Below are positions 48,606 to 62,280 of a DNA stretch of 64,000 nt, in pieces. The stretch covers positions 1 through 64,000 of the forward strand of contig NW_026935910.1 in NCBI RefSeq assembly GCF_032062105.1. Reading direction: 5' to 3'. Position 1 is the first letter of the stretch, and every line of letters begins with the position of its first letter. The position numbers and the translations under genes are program-made. The notes under the pieces are model-generated. The model searched no databases. It was given only the letters and a program-made list of their open reading frames with translations, and was not told the origin of the DNA. The stretch comes from Saccostrea cucullata. Taxonomy: Eukaryota.

Positions 48606-51600
48606 TAATATATATTGGACATGATTTTAAAAAAAAGGTTTCTCCTAAAATACTTGTTTTTGGTATTCAAGAAAGGTTGAACAGAGTCTGAGATGTGTTT
48701 GGATAATTCAGTTTATTATATGTAGGTGTTCATATATTTCAATATAAGGTGTTTTAAAATGTAAATCCTAATAGCTAAGAAAAATGACAAAATGTGTCTT
48801 CAAAACCAAAGATTTTCTGTATTTACCAGCAAGCAAAAAAATATGTTTGGAATGAATAAAGAATAATAAGAAAAAAACCCAATAAAATATGGACATTGGG
48901 ATTCATATCCAATAAGATTTGAACAGTTCCTACCCAAATAATGCTCTCTCGTATTTTCACTTTTTTGTATCCAATAAGCAGTATCCAAGAAGACTGGACT
49001 TGATGTACCCAATATATAACCAAATGTGTGTCCGTCCGTCCGTCTGTCTGTACGTCCGTCCGTTTGATATGCTTTGGGGTATCCATTTCTTATCCGCAAC
49101 CCCTCTTCTACCACTGAATGAAGTTTAATGAGGCTTCACAGAATTTGATGAGTCTTTCAAAGAATCTTTGTTTAACAGTGCCAAATTTATTTTACTTTTT
49201 GATCTGACACTTATTTCGGATTTCCCAGAGCAAAACATGGATTTTGTCATAAATAATCGTAAAGGGGGTGTGGGGTATCATTAAAATGAGCTCAGTGCCA
49301 ACGGTACCTCTAGTTTCTCTTCAACCATTGAAAATACAAATAATTTATTGGTAAGCAATTAATTTAACTTTTCTTAGGCATGCCAATGGATAACGTCTGG
49401 GACGTATATTTTTTAATTTAGAGTTGAAATGGATAAGAATCCCTAAGCTATCCGGAACTCGTCGGCTTATTCGTAACTGGTAAAATGGACACCTATGGTT
49501 ACTTGCGAAATAATTTTTTTTTGAGGGAAGGCTGAACTTTTATGAAACAATATTTAATTCCGCAAGTCATCGAACTGCCTTGACAAAACACTTAGATTTT
49601 GAAATAATGCCTAGTATTTTTATAGCACCGCCGAATCGGTTTCTTATTCGGAACTGGTGAAATAACTGTACCTCACGTGACAAACGCGGCAATGCTATAG
49701 GATTTCGATTAGATGGCTCGCATCAACAGATTCCCTTCGGGTCGGTTTGAAGCCTAACTGGAGGAATTTATGTTGAAAACATTTAAGTCTAGATCGAAAT
49801 AATTAAGATGATTTATATAAAATTTCTCTTTAGTCCTTTGAATTTTAATGCACTGATAACCCATACCTGCTAACTCAGTGACCTATTTTAATGATAAAGA
49901 ATTGCTTTATATAACTTCAGATCATCGCGTTCTTATTAAAAAGCTAATTGTTAAAGTCATGTCTACTTAAGGATAAAAAAAATGGAATTAAATCCGAAAA
50001 ATGAGGAAAAAATTATACGTTGCATCATCTTCTCAAACCTCGGTTTGGAGACCGCATATACTCCTATCCTTGTCTCTTTCATCACATAAATTATCGTAAT
50101 CTTGAATATGCTTGCCTTTATGTTGTGACGTCATGTTCAGCCAATGGCAATATTTGATTCCACTGCAATTGAAATGAACATTGACATCATCAGTAAACAA
50201 AAGATATTTCGTTAACTGCGATTGGATATATTGAAAGGTTAAAGTTTATTTCCCTAATATGGTTTACTTGCATTTAAAGGGCTACGAAATATTCTCTTTC
50301 TCATTCGTCCACGGCCAGCACAGAGAGGATCGTATATTTTGACTGTGGTTTACGACGATAATATTGTATTTGATCATTAAGAAATCTCCGTAGCCTGTAA
50401 GAAATATATAAACTCGGGGTCCTAGTCTTGCATTGCATAAATGTACATGTAATTTTGGAAAAATAGTAAAGCAAAGGTTTCTACCCTTCTTCTTTCTACG
50501 AAAGAGATGTTTCCTGTTCATAGTTGAAACGATTATGCCAAAGACACAGTATAGGGCATTTTTATTCTTCCGTTGAATCAATCCTTTTTTTGAGATATCA
50601 GGAAGTATAGCCGTATATGCTTAATCCTTGGGTTTATGGACTGACATTTGCTTATTAGGACGTATCATTCAACTATAGAAGGGTGAATTGAAACTAATGC
50701 ATAACCCTGAATCAAAGGTTGCTATTAACCGGAGGCTAACTACTGATATTATCAATAATCTATACGTCTTTCAATAGAGAAATTTGCTAGATTGTTAAAT
50801 AACAGTACTCCATGGGGTGAAAATCCGATATACGGAAAGGCAAGACGCTAGATTCCGTCTCCAAGTATGGTTATGCAATGTAACGTTTCAAAGCCTGGAT
50901 TAACTACTGTGAATATTGTTATTATGAATGATGTTTTTTCACTAAATATCAAGTTTGCATCTGCATACAGAATGGATCTAATTCTTTCATGTGCATAGCC
51001 GCAAACATACGAGTTGACTATGCATGAATGTCATTGTATTCTAAGTTTTACACGTATAAACCAATAAGTACTCAGTACGTCTTATAGAAGTTTTGATTTA
51101 TGGGTTGTTTGTAATCTTACAGTGATTTCATACTTCCCTGCCTGATTTCATACTTCCCTGCCTAGTTCATCCCTATCTCAGGATATCATTTTACAAGTAG
51201 CCTTGCCTAAAGATAAAGGACATTTTACTCAGACTCTGGTACCCTTTCTCCTTGAAGTAGACTGACTTGTACTCTAACATTATATTTACGAGCATTAGTT
51301 TTAACTGTGAGAGATTGGTTTGTATGTAAAATTCCTGTTATATAGTCGGTTAAATAGCCAAAATGGTCACAATAAAGTACATTTATATTAAAAGTTCCCA
51401 AAATTGATGAATTTCAAGTAAGACAACTTCAACACGTCTGTGTTTGAAATCAATTTTCGTCACTTCCGGCAGTTTATTTACTGTAGCCGTGGACGCGCGT
51501 GACACCTCTGACAATACTGATCAGCAGTGTGAAGATACGAAACTACCACTGAGAAATTTCAACTATCCCCTAAGGTCTTGAAAATTGGCATAAAATCTAG

Positions 51601-51863
51601 TTGAAATGGAAAAGTTGTCTAACTAGCTATCTCCCATCGGCCACAGCTGTCGACAAACCGTCCTTACTAGCCTTAATGTGATTTAATATCTGCACCGAGC
51701 TGTCTAGTTCTATCACTGTGTTCTAAAAACACGCAATATTATGTATTGGAACTTCGAGTAAATTTTTGTCGTTTGATGAAGAACTGGGGGAGGGGGTTAA
51801 ATCGAGAAGCTCTTAGAATTAAGCTGCGTAATAATTTAAAAATAAACGTTTACATTTTACTGC

Positions 51864-52306
51864 GTAGTTTCGATGTTAGAACAATTAGTTTTCTATGAAT
51901 AAATGCAAACTACACACAAGCTGACGAGCGATAACATCGACCACTTACACGGAACAGTTCATAAAAAAGTGAGTTGTGTCTGATACTATAACGTTTAATT
52001 TTTTTAGGGGGGGGTGCTTTTTTTGTTTTGGCTTTATTGTTTTGGTTGTAATAGGTTTTAATATAATATATGTCACATATGTAGGTAGTTTCGATGTTAG
52101 AACAATTAGTTTTCTATGAATAAATGCAAACTACACACAAGCTGACGAGCGATAACATCGACTACTTACACGGAACAGTTCATAAATAAGTGAGTTGTGT
52201 CTGATACTATAACGTTTAATTTTTTTTTTTGGGGGGGGGGTGCTTTTTTTTTGGCTTTATTGTTTTGGTTGTAATAGGTTTTAATATAATATATGTCACA
52301 TATGTA
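51864..52306. repeat. Near-identical tandem duplication, 221-bp period
   Basis: GTAGTTTCGATGTTAGAACAATTAG starts at both 51864 and 52085. Confidence 0.9.
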
Positions 52307-52754
52307 TCTAGCTAAATACACGTAAATAATTTAATTTTGTTCATATTCTCGCCTTTCACTGGTTGATTTCCAAAAAGGAACCCAAAATATTTTGTATAAA
52401 CTGGTTTGGTATGGGGACATACCCCCTTGACGACCAGCTTAATCATCTTATCCATGCAATCCCCTCATTTCCAGTCTTCGGAATCCATGGAAAATTCAAG
52501 ATTTAATAACTGTATCTTTAACTTCCAACACTTACTCGATCTTACCTCATGTAAACACACATCATGGCTGCTAGATCTATGTATCAGTTATTACCTCCCC
52601 TCACTTCACATCACTTCCGTTACTACGGTTGTATTAATGCGCGGTAAATTTGAACTCATAAAAAGGCAACACAATTTTACATCCAAAGTTGTTAAATTAT
52701 TTGAAAATTAAATTATAAAGAGTGACTCTAGAGTCATTCCTTAAATAGATCACC

Positions 52755-52905
52755 AGTCTGGTGCAGTTGTTAGAGCGATTACTCTAGAGTCGTTAAGTAG
52801 GGAGTTGATCCTAACGTCAAGGGTTCGAATACCACTGTGGAACGTGGAGACCGGTCCTTCCGTTGGACTGTTTAAACCGCGGTCACGTGTCGCAGAGGGT
52901 ATTGC
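52755..52905 (+). mobile_element. tRNA-SINE 5' part
   Basis: TGGTGCAGTTGTTAGAGCG...GGGTTCGAATACCACTGTGG. Confidence 0.7.
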
Positions 52906-52949
52906 ATAGACACTTTATTTTAACCACAAGATACCTAACTCAGTTGTAA

Positions 52950-53182
52950 ACCACTCATTTATACCTCGATAGAAAGTAAGACATTTTTAAAGATACATCT
53001 ATTACCGGTTTGGGTTATAGATGTACGATAAAACCATGAGATCTCGGAATGGAATACTTGGAAGTCTCCTGGATTTATCCTGATCTATATCCTAATCTAT
53101 AACCCCAACCGGAAATATATATATCTAAAGAAATGTCTATCTTTGTATCGGGGTAATTTTTGAGGGAATAAATGAGTGGTTT
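52950..53182. mobile_element. Hairpin-forming MITE-like element
   Basis: AACCACTCATTTAT...CCGGTTTGGGTTATAGAT is inverted by ATCTATAACCCCAACCGG...ATAAATGAGTGGTT. Confidence 0.6.
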
Positions 53183-53352
53183 TCAATAAAGAGGCTCTAG
53201 TAGAGACTTTTAAAGGATTTAATTGACAAGAAAAAAAAGTCTCGAAGCGAACGATGTCATTTTAAAGTAGGTTAATGATTTATGTACATGTACTAACAAA
53301 ATACGAGCTTGAAGCGGGGGTGCCTGAAATTGAGTTAGGTCAGTACCTTGTA

Positions 53353-53700
53353 ACAAGTCTGGAGATTTTTCTAAAACACTTGTGCCCCCTCCCCTAGAAT
53401 AATTGAAATTTTTCTAAGTCCAAAGGGCAAAACTCTTTCCCAAATTGCTGGGATCATACCCAAAACAAAACTGGGCCTAGATATTCATACATGTATGTTA
53501 ATATGTATACCAAATTTCATTTTAGTATGTGCAACCTCTGCGAAGAAAACGAACGGAAAACTGCAAATAATAGGAATTTTTCCGAGTCCAAGGGGCATAA
53601 CTGTCAAAAATGGCTCGATCGTACCCAAAACAGAACTTGACATATATATTCATATGATAAATTTGTTTACCAAATTTCATTTCATTTCAACATGTGCAAC
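53353..53700 (-). repeat. HINE-type satellite fragment (two units of about 170 bp)
   Basis: Repeated AGTCCAARGGGCA...TACCCAAAACA...TACCAAATTTCATTT...ATGTGCAAC. Confidence 0.6.
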
Positions 53701-54085
53701 AGTAGTAGTGTGCCCCGTATACGAAATAAGTGCCTGTGAGATGTTGGCACGAAAAAAACGCCACTGCTCAATGGCCATCTCAGTTTGCTTGTCTGTACGT
53801 TGTTTAACGTCCCTCAAGACATTTTTTTTACTCATTTGCATCCATTTGCTGCTCGGAGAGCTGCCAATTTTGTCCTGTACTCGTTACTTACGGCCTTTGA
53901 GCATGGTGAGTATCAACTCCTTACATGTACCTTGCGACTCTAGAGCAGAGGCTCTTACCACTATACCACGCGGGCGACTCAACGGCAATGAGTGTCGAGT
54001 TTAAGACAAAATTTGCAGTTCTCCACCTGCAAGTGGTGGCGTCTCAATAGGAACTTTTCGAAGAGACTTTAAACAAAGAAAACCA
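53700..54085. mobile_element. Plus-strand SINE 3' part interrupted by an antisense SINE (about 53785-53977)
   Basis: The host breaks at CTCAATGGCCAT and resumes at CTCAACGGCAAT; the insert is the family reverse complement. Confidence 0.6.
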
Positions 54086-56609
54086 CGTTTTTTGTAGATA
54101 AACAGCATGACACTTATCAATTTTTTTTTATATATAAAACTAATATTTATAATAAACTTGCTTTTTCACCCCCCCCCCCCCCCCCCCCCCCCCCACATGT
54201 ATATTAATATTAAAAAAATGAATGAAAAAAAGTGTTCATGTAATCCCTTTTTATCCTGTTCGGAAGTTTTCAATACCATATTTTCTGTCTTAGTTTGAAG
54301 TTTGCACTATTTATCAGTTATACAGATACATGCACATCAAAAGTTTTGTGTACAGATATTAGAAAATAGTGATGCTACCAATGTCAGAAGCAAGTAATGA
54401 ATAATAAAGTAAGCCGTTTACTGGATTTGTTTAATCTGATTGTCTTCCTTTTTTAAAAAAATAAAAAGGAGACCAACTTTATTTATAAATTCTTTTATAG
54501 ATTTTGGATTTAGATGAAACATATTGATATGATGCAGAAAGTACAATGTAGTAAATTTAAAATGTTATTAATAGATACTCCTACGGTTTTGATCAAATGT
54601 ACATGAGACCTAGTGTAACACAAGTAGATTACATCAAAAAGTATTGTGGCTTTCTGAATTGGTTTTTGATTTCTATCAATGTCGATGTTTTGGTCCGGAA
54701 AAAAAATCAATTTAAATTTTATCTCTGAATATTACTCCTTTTTATGTCAATAAAACTTGGGACTATGAATAACAATCGGTAAACCCTTACGCAGGATATG
54801 GTTTATTTTTAAGATGTTGTTCGATAAATAAAGTCATTTCTTTTATCATTATATTTAGATTGTAATCGTGAGTCGTTCATGAGAACATCCTTTATTATTA
54901 TTTTCAATATTAATAACACGGATAGATGTACGCCAAAATATATAGTAATTAAAAAAGAGAAAGTATTATACTTGTCCAGTAGTATTATATACTTAAAATT
55001 AAATGGAATCTTAGAAAAACTCAGACTTTATAAACAAGCAATCGAACTTTAAACTTTGTTCTTGGCATTTTCACAAAATTTGACTGTTGTAATAAATTGT
55101 TTGTCGAAAATGGTCCAGATTTGGAGGCGGGAAACATTTTAAAATCTTGTGTCAGTACAGGTTTATAGAGAAATGGCCGGAGGACTCCTTATTAGTGCAA
55201 CGACTTTTCAACCACTGGAGATAAAATCCGTAAAATACAACTAATTTAATAAGTCAGGCAACGCAAAAAAGTTTGGTTAATTCTTTTGCCTCAATAATTT
55301 TATAAAGTACACATCATTTTTGAGCTGTTGCTGTTGATAAATGCTTTCCTCAATTAATTTATGCATTCTTAATACTCCTTAATATAAAATACTGTCATGA
55401 ATAAAAAGTTATATCAAACAATAAGTTACAGAACTCGGATATGAAACGAAGGACATCTTAGGCCTAAGACTTAGTCCTGGAATAAATCGATTTTGTATTA
55501 CCATACTTTTTTTTATTATTCTCTCTGACATGAATACTACTCCTTCGTAAAATATTTTTCCGTATTATATAAATTTCCTGGAGGTAAAAAACATCTGAAG
55601 ATTTTTATTATCCTAACCCAATAAATCTTTAAGATAATCTTATTGAAATTTTTGCGTCACTTGTCAATTTCTTATTGAACGTGCTAGATTTGTTCTAAGT
55701 TTCTAAGTTTCTGTAAGTGAATGCTGAATTTTATTGGTACGTAAAAGGTAATACTTGGACTTGCTGAATTTTTTAGGAGAGTGTTAACTTCATGTACATG
55801 TGTATTATAATAGTAATGGAGTATTCTTTAAAACATGTATCGCGAGTAACAATAAAATTTTAAATAAAAATTCTTAAACTTGTTTTTATCGCAAGATCGC
55901 AAAATGAACATTTTTAAATCTCTGAATGTCTTCTGCAAATGGATGAACCCGCTTAATTCCCATCTATTGCAGAAAACAAAATAATACAGAACTTATAATT
56001 ACACTGTAACACCCCTCCCTCTCTCTCTCTAAAAAGATTATCAATGTTAAAAATGTCCAGGAATTCGAATCAAAAGAACATTTTAAAAACGCTCTAAAAT
56101 TAATAATTCGGCAACTATGTTTAAAGTCAAGTCCAAGAAAACAAGTTTTGTCAAGTCATCCATTAGAAAAATCTTGTAACATTCCAACATGTAATGGATC
56201 AAAGGTGTAATATAAATCTAAATTTTGTAAAAGTCGAAGGTTAATTATTTTTGACATACACACAGAGCTACCTTTCTTCTGCTAAAACCAATTAGTTGTT
56301 AACATTGCATATAAATATTTGACCGAGTTAAAGTTCACTGACAGAAAGGTACTGGCACTATTGCATGCAAAGACCACTTGGTAAATAACCAATAAACGGG
56401 AAAAAACCCAATGGCGTATGGATTCAATATGAAAATAATTATCCCATTTTTATCAAAGACGCCAGTCAATGTTCGATTAAATAACAGACTCCACTTGGTG
56501 ACATGGTCTTTGTATTGACCATAGAATGGCAAAATGAAGACTTAATAAAGCAAACATTATTGATATCCTTGAATCTTCAACATTCTTGTCAACAGCTTAA
56601 CTCGTTTAA

Positions 56610-56851
56610 GGTAGGATTTTTCATATACATTTCTTGTATTTAAAAATTAATGAAATTTTCACAGAATCAAGAAGACAATATCACTGTGTGATGGTATCCG
56701 TGAGATTAAATTCGACCGTTTTATATTAGAGGCAAGGTCAGGTTGAGGTCATTACCATTTTAATATCTTACACATAAATATATGACATATAAGCAAATAT
56801 GCATGTACTTTGAATATTTTAGCTAGGCAGAAACCAGAGAAGAGTCCTACC
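56610..56851. mobile_element. Kolobok-like MITE
   Basis: TTAA|GGTAGGATTTTTC ... GAAGAGTCCTACC|TTAA. Confidence 0.7.
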
Positions 56852-57799
56852 TTAACAAATTGTTTGTATTGTGTTGTTGCCAATGACACTAGAGGACATA
56901 TAAACTCCATATGAAGGTGGGAATGGTAGATACATGTAGTTACTATATCAGTAAAATGTATTAAAAATGTATCATAAAGATGGCGAAGTTTAATCGATCA
57001 CCTTTACAAAAAAATTGTCAAATTCTGTGCTGTCTGTTAAGGTGCAGTGGGATATATATCGAGTCAACATAGGGGCGGAAAAAAATGTCAATTGATAAAA
57101 AGATAATTCCAGAAGATTCGTTGATGATCTGCTCTCCAAACCCCCTTAAATATTGTCAATGATAATTTTAAGAATCTTAACTTTTTTTAAAATATCAATC
57201 TTTAAATATTCTTGTTTAGAATCAGATTTTTTAACACCAAGTTTGCAGATGACTAATAACAAAGAAGAAAAATATAGCATAAAAACCCACTTTTTAAATC
57301 AGTAAACCTAAACACAACTAATGATAGGGTTATATGAAATAATACAAAAGGCAGACGTACGTTATTTTAAGCGTATATAAAAGTTTTATCTGCGATATTT
57401 ATCCAAGGTTTGTAATTCATCATACTTATAAATAGATACATATTTGCATAATGTTTTGAATGGATCAAACAATACTCGGGTGCTATTAATCTTCTTGTTT
57501 TGCCACTTCCATATAACAGCATATAATGAGTGAAAGAGATGCCTGGATTAAAAGAACTCAATAATCGGGTCATGGATATCGGTCAATAATACTATCCCTT
57601 CTCAGAAAACTAATAATAGAAATAAATGCCCTCCTTAAGGATATTTTTAATATGAATAATTTCTACCTAAACGCGCTTTTCCTTTTTCGAATAATATATT
57701 CGTTTCTTCATTTTATGCTTCATCAATCCCGCTTTACTCACTCTGGGTTTTACTGTTGCTTTGAAGCAGAGCTGCTCAAGTCTCTGGTTTATGTATTGC

Positions 57800-58300
57800 A
57801 TGCGTGCAAGTAAACAAATTAGAAATTGCTCTTTTACAGTACGCAAGACGAAACCGCCCCTTTGGAAATGAATTTTTAGGTTTTAAATTGAGAGCAGGCA
57901 TGATTAACAGAAGGTGTCAACTCTTCAGTAAGTCCACAGAGGAAACTGCAGACCTAAACTGCAGCTGCTGCAAAAACAGAGTATATAAATTACCCTTCAG
58001 ATCATTAATTCTTTGTCGTGAAGCCTACCTCGAATCGAGAATGCAGGCGTATTTAGAGCCTGAGGTCCTGGTAAAAATGTCTAAGATTTGGAGTAGACTA
58101 CAGAATTACCAGTTCATGTCAAACTATTCTTATCACTGAGAATGCATTGACTTATAATTGAAAAAATGCATTGAAGCTGCTGAGTCGAAGTATACATCAG
58201 GATCTTCAGTTAAACAAATAGAAAGTCAAAGAACTATCAAATTTAAAGTCAAGATTCCGTGCAAATGTGAACAAGATGATTTTCTAAACGGTCAATTTTG
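57800..58300 (+). pseudogene. Possible decayed LINE (CR1/L2) ORF1 fragment
   Basis: SQRTIKFKVKIPC...DDFLNGQFW resembles the ORF1 C-terminal SFKV.VP....L...FW motif; weak. Confidence 0.3.
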
Positions 58301-58484
58301 GGGGGGGGGGGGGGAGAATAATAATGGAATCAAAAAAGCTAATTCAAAGAATCTCTCCTTCACTGAAGGAATAAAAGAAGAGCTTGCGCGGATCTAGGGG
58401 GATTCGGCCATAGGAAGGAAAACTAAAAAGCTTCTGAACATAGATATCGCCCGGAATTATAAGTTTTGTACACACAGAATGCAC

Positions 58485-58675
58485 TTATTTACGACCTTGA
58501 CTTTTTGACCTCAAAATAAGTAGGGGTCTTCCTTAGTGAGTTAGGTAACATTTCAGTGCAAAAGGTCAAACCTCTGGAGATATGGAATGGAAAGGGAAGT
58601 TTTACGGACAAAAATACAGAAACACAGACCGGAATAAGTATCCCTCCACTTCTAGTGAAAGCGGGGGACAATAAG
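58485..58675 (-). mobile_element. Pearl/HINE-like terminal fragment
   Basis: GACCTTGACTTTTTGACCTC...GTGAAAGCGGGGGACAATAA, the same terminus as at about 3850. Confidence 0.55.
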
Positions 58676-58834
58676 ACATTAAGCATCTTATAATATAAAC
58701 CTAACCAAGAATTTGAAAATTTAAGTTGCATGTCCTTAGCTACAAAGTACTATGTCCATTTTATTTAAGTGCAAGCGATTTATATATAATTGTTATGCAA
58801 AAGAATTACTTTTAGGCACTTAAGGAAGTCACCT

Positions 58835-59750
58835 GCCGCGTGGCGCAGTGGTAAGAGCGTCTGTTCTAGCATGGCGAAGTAAGGAGTTGATCCTTAAGGG
58901 TTCGAATCTCACTGTGGGGCGTGGAGACCGGTCCTTCGGATGAGACCGTATAAACCGAAGTAGGATTTGACACGGCTTAGGATATTGATATCTGGGGGAA
59001 TAGCCCCATCTTTGACACGCTGAAAAATTAAATAAAGAATTCGATATGACATACTATCAACCCATATTTAGCCATCAGTAATGTACTTCATGTGTTTGAT
59101 TGTCGAGTCATTGATCAAAACTCTGTAGATAATAATTAATATTATACTTCATGTAAATAAGTTGAATCTGATTGGTCGAGAAACATTCGTTAAAAAACAC
59201 TTACCCGCTGAGTAATGAAGCCACGCCCTCCAGCGTAGGAACAGTCAATATGCAGTGCTTGACGACGGGTGATATTCCAAAAAATAGTGACTGCGAAAAA
59301 TTTATGCGCTCACGGTTCACTGTTATATGTATTTGTATAAAGCATTCAGTATAATATAATAAATATTGCATGTGCGTAGTTGAGTGTAACATTCAAATTT
59401 TCTTGGGGTGAAAATTTTCAATGTTACACTCCACTACATGCAATATTTATATATTGTATGATTTGAGTAGTATTGTTGTTTAGTTACATTGTTCTTTATG
59501 TGATTAATTTTCCTCAATAAATGACCATTCTAATTCCTACTAAATGTGTTGTGTCAATGCTTGGGTTGTGATAATGTAATATATAGTCATTTAACGTGTC
59601 AAACGGAGCATCACCTTATAGATTCCTCCCTGTTCCTGAGTGCTTACATGTATTACAGGACAAAGTTTGCAGCTCTCCACCATCTAGTGGTGGCGTCTCC
59701 ATATGGGGGAAAAATTCTCGAGAGTGACGTTGAAAAACAGACAAACTTTT
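58835..59750 (+). mobile_element. tRNA-SINE split into head (58835-58960) and tail (59655-59750) by an unrelated insertion
   Basis: The head ends ...GGATGAGACCGTATAAACCGA; the tail resumes GGACAAAGTTTGCAGCTCTCCACC...AATTCTCGAGAG. Confidence 0.65.
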
Positions 59751-62280
59751 AGGGGGAAAGGGGGTCCATTAAATGGGCTGTCGGTAAACAATTAAACAGA
59801 ATGTTTTAGTGAAGAATTGAACAGTCGAACTGAAAGAAAATCTTATACACGCCTTGCATAAAAGTTTTAGGAATCAGAGATTTTTAGCTTCGGTACATAT
59901 ATGTACATGTAACTACATTTGTTTAACAATATTCTCTAAATTCTATGACTATTGTAACACAATTGAATAAAAAGAATAATTTATATTACGTACAATGAAC
60001 CTATAGATGGTGAATAATATATAGGGCATTTTTACACTTTACTTATATATATTGCTTTTTCCAGAAACAATGCTTATTTTAAAAAAAAATTGTCTAACCT
60101 TTCCCTACCCTGGAAGTCTAAAGAATAGCACCATTCAAATCATTCAAATGTTTGTTTCTTTACAGTGTTTGCTTGCTTGTTTATCGTTGTAAACCCACAG
60201 GGAACCATTTTATAGCGATTTTGCGCCCAAGTACAGGAGAAACATACTATTTATCGCACATTTATAAAAACTATCTCTCCTATAACTGTCAATTACGACA
60301 ATTGGATCACGTACAATGTTCTGCGTGTTATTTTACACAGATTTGGTTTCTGGTATGTTCTAACAATCAGATATTGCATTTCGATTTCTGTGACAAATTT
60401 GAAAGTTGCAGATTATGAAGGTGATAATGTGGGTGACGTTTGTAATCCAAGAGATCAATAAAAACTGTTATCAAACACGAATTGGGTTAAAAAAAAGGAA
60501 AACAATTAAAAAAAAAACATTCCTCATTCGTCTCTACAATTAATTATAGTAATTGTTAAAAAGACCCAATATTTAAACAAATATATTTTAAAATTTACTC
60601 GGTAGTTGATAGTGAGGAAAAAGTTACTTTCTCCATCATAGTCAAGCTGATCTTGTTATAAAATCGAAAAGTCGAAAAAAAAATCAGCATCAAACTAAGT
60701 AATGATTAACGTCAATTCTTTTTAGATAGTGTAGATAATTGCCCAGCAAAAGAGTCAAGAGTTGAACTTTGTATTTTGTTTAAGTGGGAGATTTTGTATA
60801 TGCATATTAATTTAAGACTTGGTTTGTCTACCTATAATAACTGTTGTCAACTTGTTACCCCTCCCTTATGTAATAATTTGTTTTTGATTCCTTGCTTACA
60901 TGTAACATCAAGTGAATTAAACTATATGGATCCTATTTGAAAAAAAATCTGATATCCTTGATAAACGAACATTTACTACACATAACATTTATATTTTCTA
61001 AAATTAAATTATTCCGATGCATTTAATTCTAACTTTTTCAATTTCATCCAGTAGAATATAAAAAATATTAAGACAAAATTAGTATACAGTTATTGACTGA
61101 GATATGAGGGCAACATATGGTTTGTTGCAACGGAAGGTGAAAATATTGCCCGAGGCCGCAGACTAGTGTACCAAATAAATATTTACCTAACATTCATACA
61201 CTTTAAACTCTTGAATTCAAAGCTGTATATGCGATAAGCTATTAAATATTATTTAACCTTTCATTATTGTAATTTTTTCTTTGAAAGTTTAATTGGTTTT
61301 GGTATATATGACGTCTTTCAATTGTTTTAGAAACCATGTTATTGATAAAATTAAGATAACATAACGAGTTCCACAATTTTTTTTGGTCTTATTTTCCCGA
61401 GAAAACTATTCAGCTTTTCGGCGACAAATTTTACTCTTTATTTCGCTATATTTATTTTTTTCTTTTTCCAAGACTTATTTAAATATAGGTAAGATTTATT
61501 TTACAAACAATTAATTTGCATCAGATATAATAATGGCATCGCATATTGCTGCGTCTGTAAGCAATATCGCTATTACATGTATTTAAAACACTGACTCTCC
61601 TACAGGTGTTTTATCTTATATTACAATATTGTATTAAGTTATAAAAAATTGTACATCAACCTGATCAAAAACCAAATGTATCTGAAAAATTGTTTCACAC
61701 GCTAAAAATAGACTTCAATATATAATGAAAAGGCTAATGTTTATGAATGTTTTATTGAGAACAAGCAAATGTTACATCACCTTAGGCAGAACATTCCACC
61801 TTAAATACGATATTTTTATATTCAGGTATATCTAATTTGTTTAAATGTTCACGTAGTTACAAAATAATATATGGATGACCTTCGGAGTGTTCAGTTTGCC
61901 ATCATTAAGCAATAACATTTTAACTATATTGCATTGATGAGGATGAAAATAAAAGTTGTCTTAAGCAATAAAAATAACCTCGAAATAAAATCTTTAATCT
62001 AAAGCAAAACCAAAGCGAGTAATAAGCATATAAACACGCGTGATATTAACAAGTATATTGCAGATCATATTTCATTGTTAAAAAACTCCCTGTCTGCAAT
62101 ATTTGAACGATGTCATGAATTTAAATTTATTCTAAAAACAACTTCGTGACTGTAAGTCACATAAAAAATATATCAACACTATACACTGAAAAACAAGTAA
62201 TATATAAAACATGATAAACGTTCAATACAGATTGTGAGCAAATGAAACAAAATCCCAGTATTAACATCCGGGTCCCAGTG

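Larger units (their letters stand above)
42319..49029 (+). mobile_element. 6.7-kb insertion with subterminal repeats and decayed spliced gene (possibly CMC/EnSpm-related)
   Basis: Left end TACGAGAGTGCATTTATTGGGTA is inverted at about 48930-48953 (TACCCAAATAATGCTCTCTCGTA); TATTGGGTA/TACCCAATA repeats at both ends; exon-like pieces inside. Confidence 0.6.
42236..49315 (+). mobile_element. HINE family 2 copy split in its GTCC microsatellite (42236-42318 plus about 49030-49315)
   Basis: The two halves together reconstruct 9110-9498, ending GGTACCTCTAGTT. Confidence 0.75.
41776..49668. mobile_element. Tc1/mariner(pogo)-type non-autonomous element, outer shell of a nest
   Basis: TA|CAGTCGTTTGGCCAGTTCCGGATAA ... 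TTATTCGGAACTGGTGAAATAACTG|TA; internal CCAGTTCCGAATA-like repeats at about 42161 and 49467. Confidence 0.7.

Noticed and set aside
53495-54004. 169-aa ORF
   Set aside because: Composite of satellite and SINE sequence.
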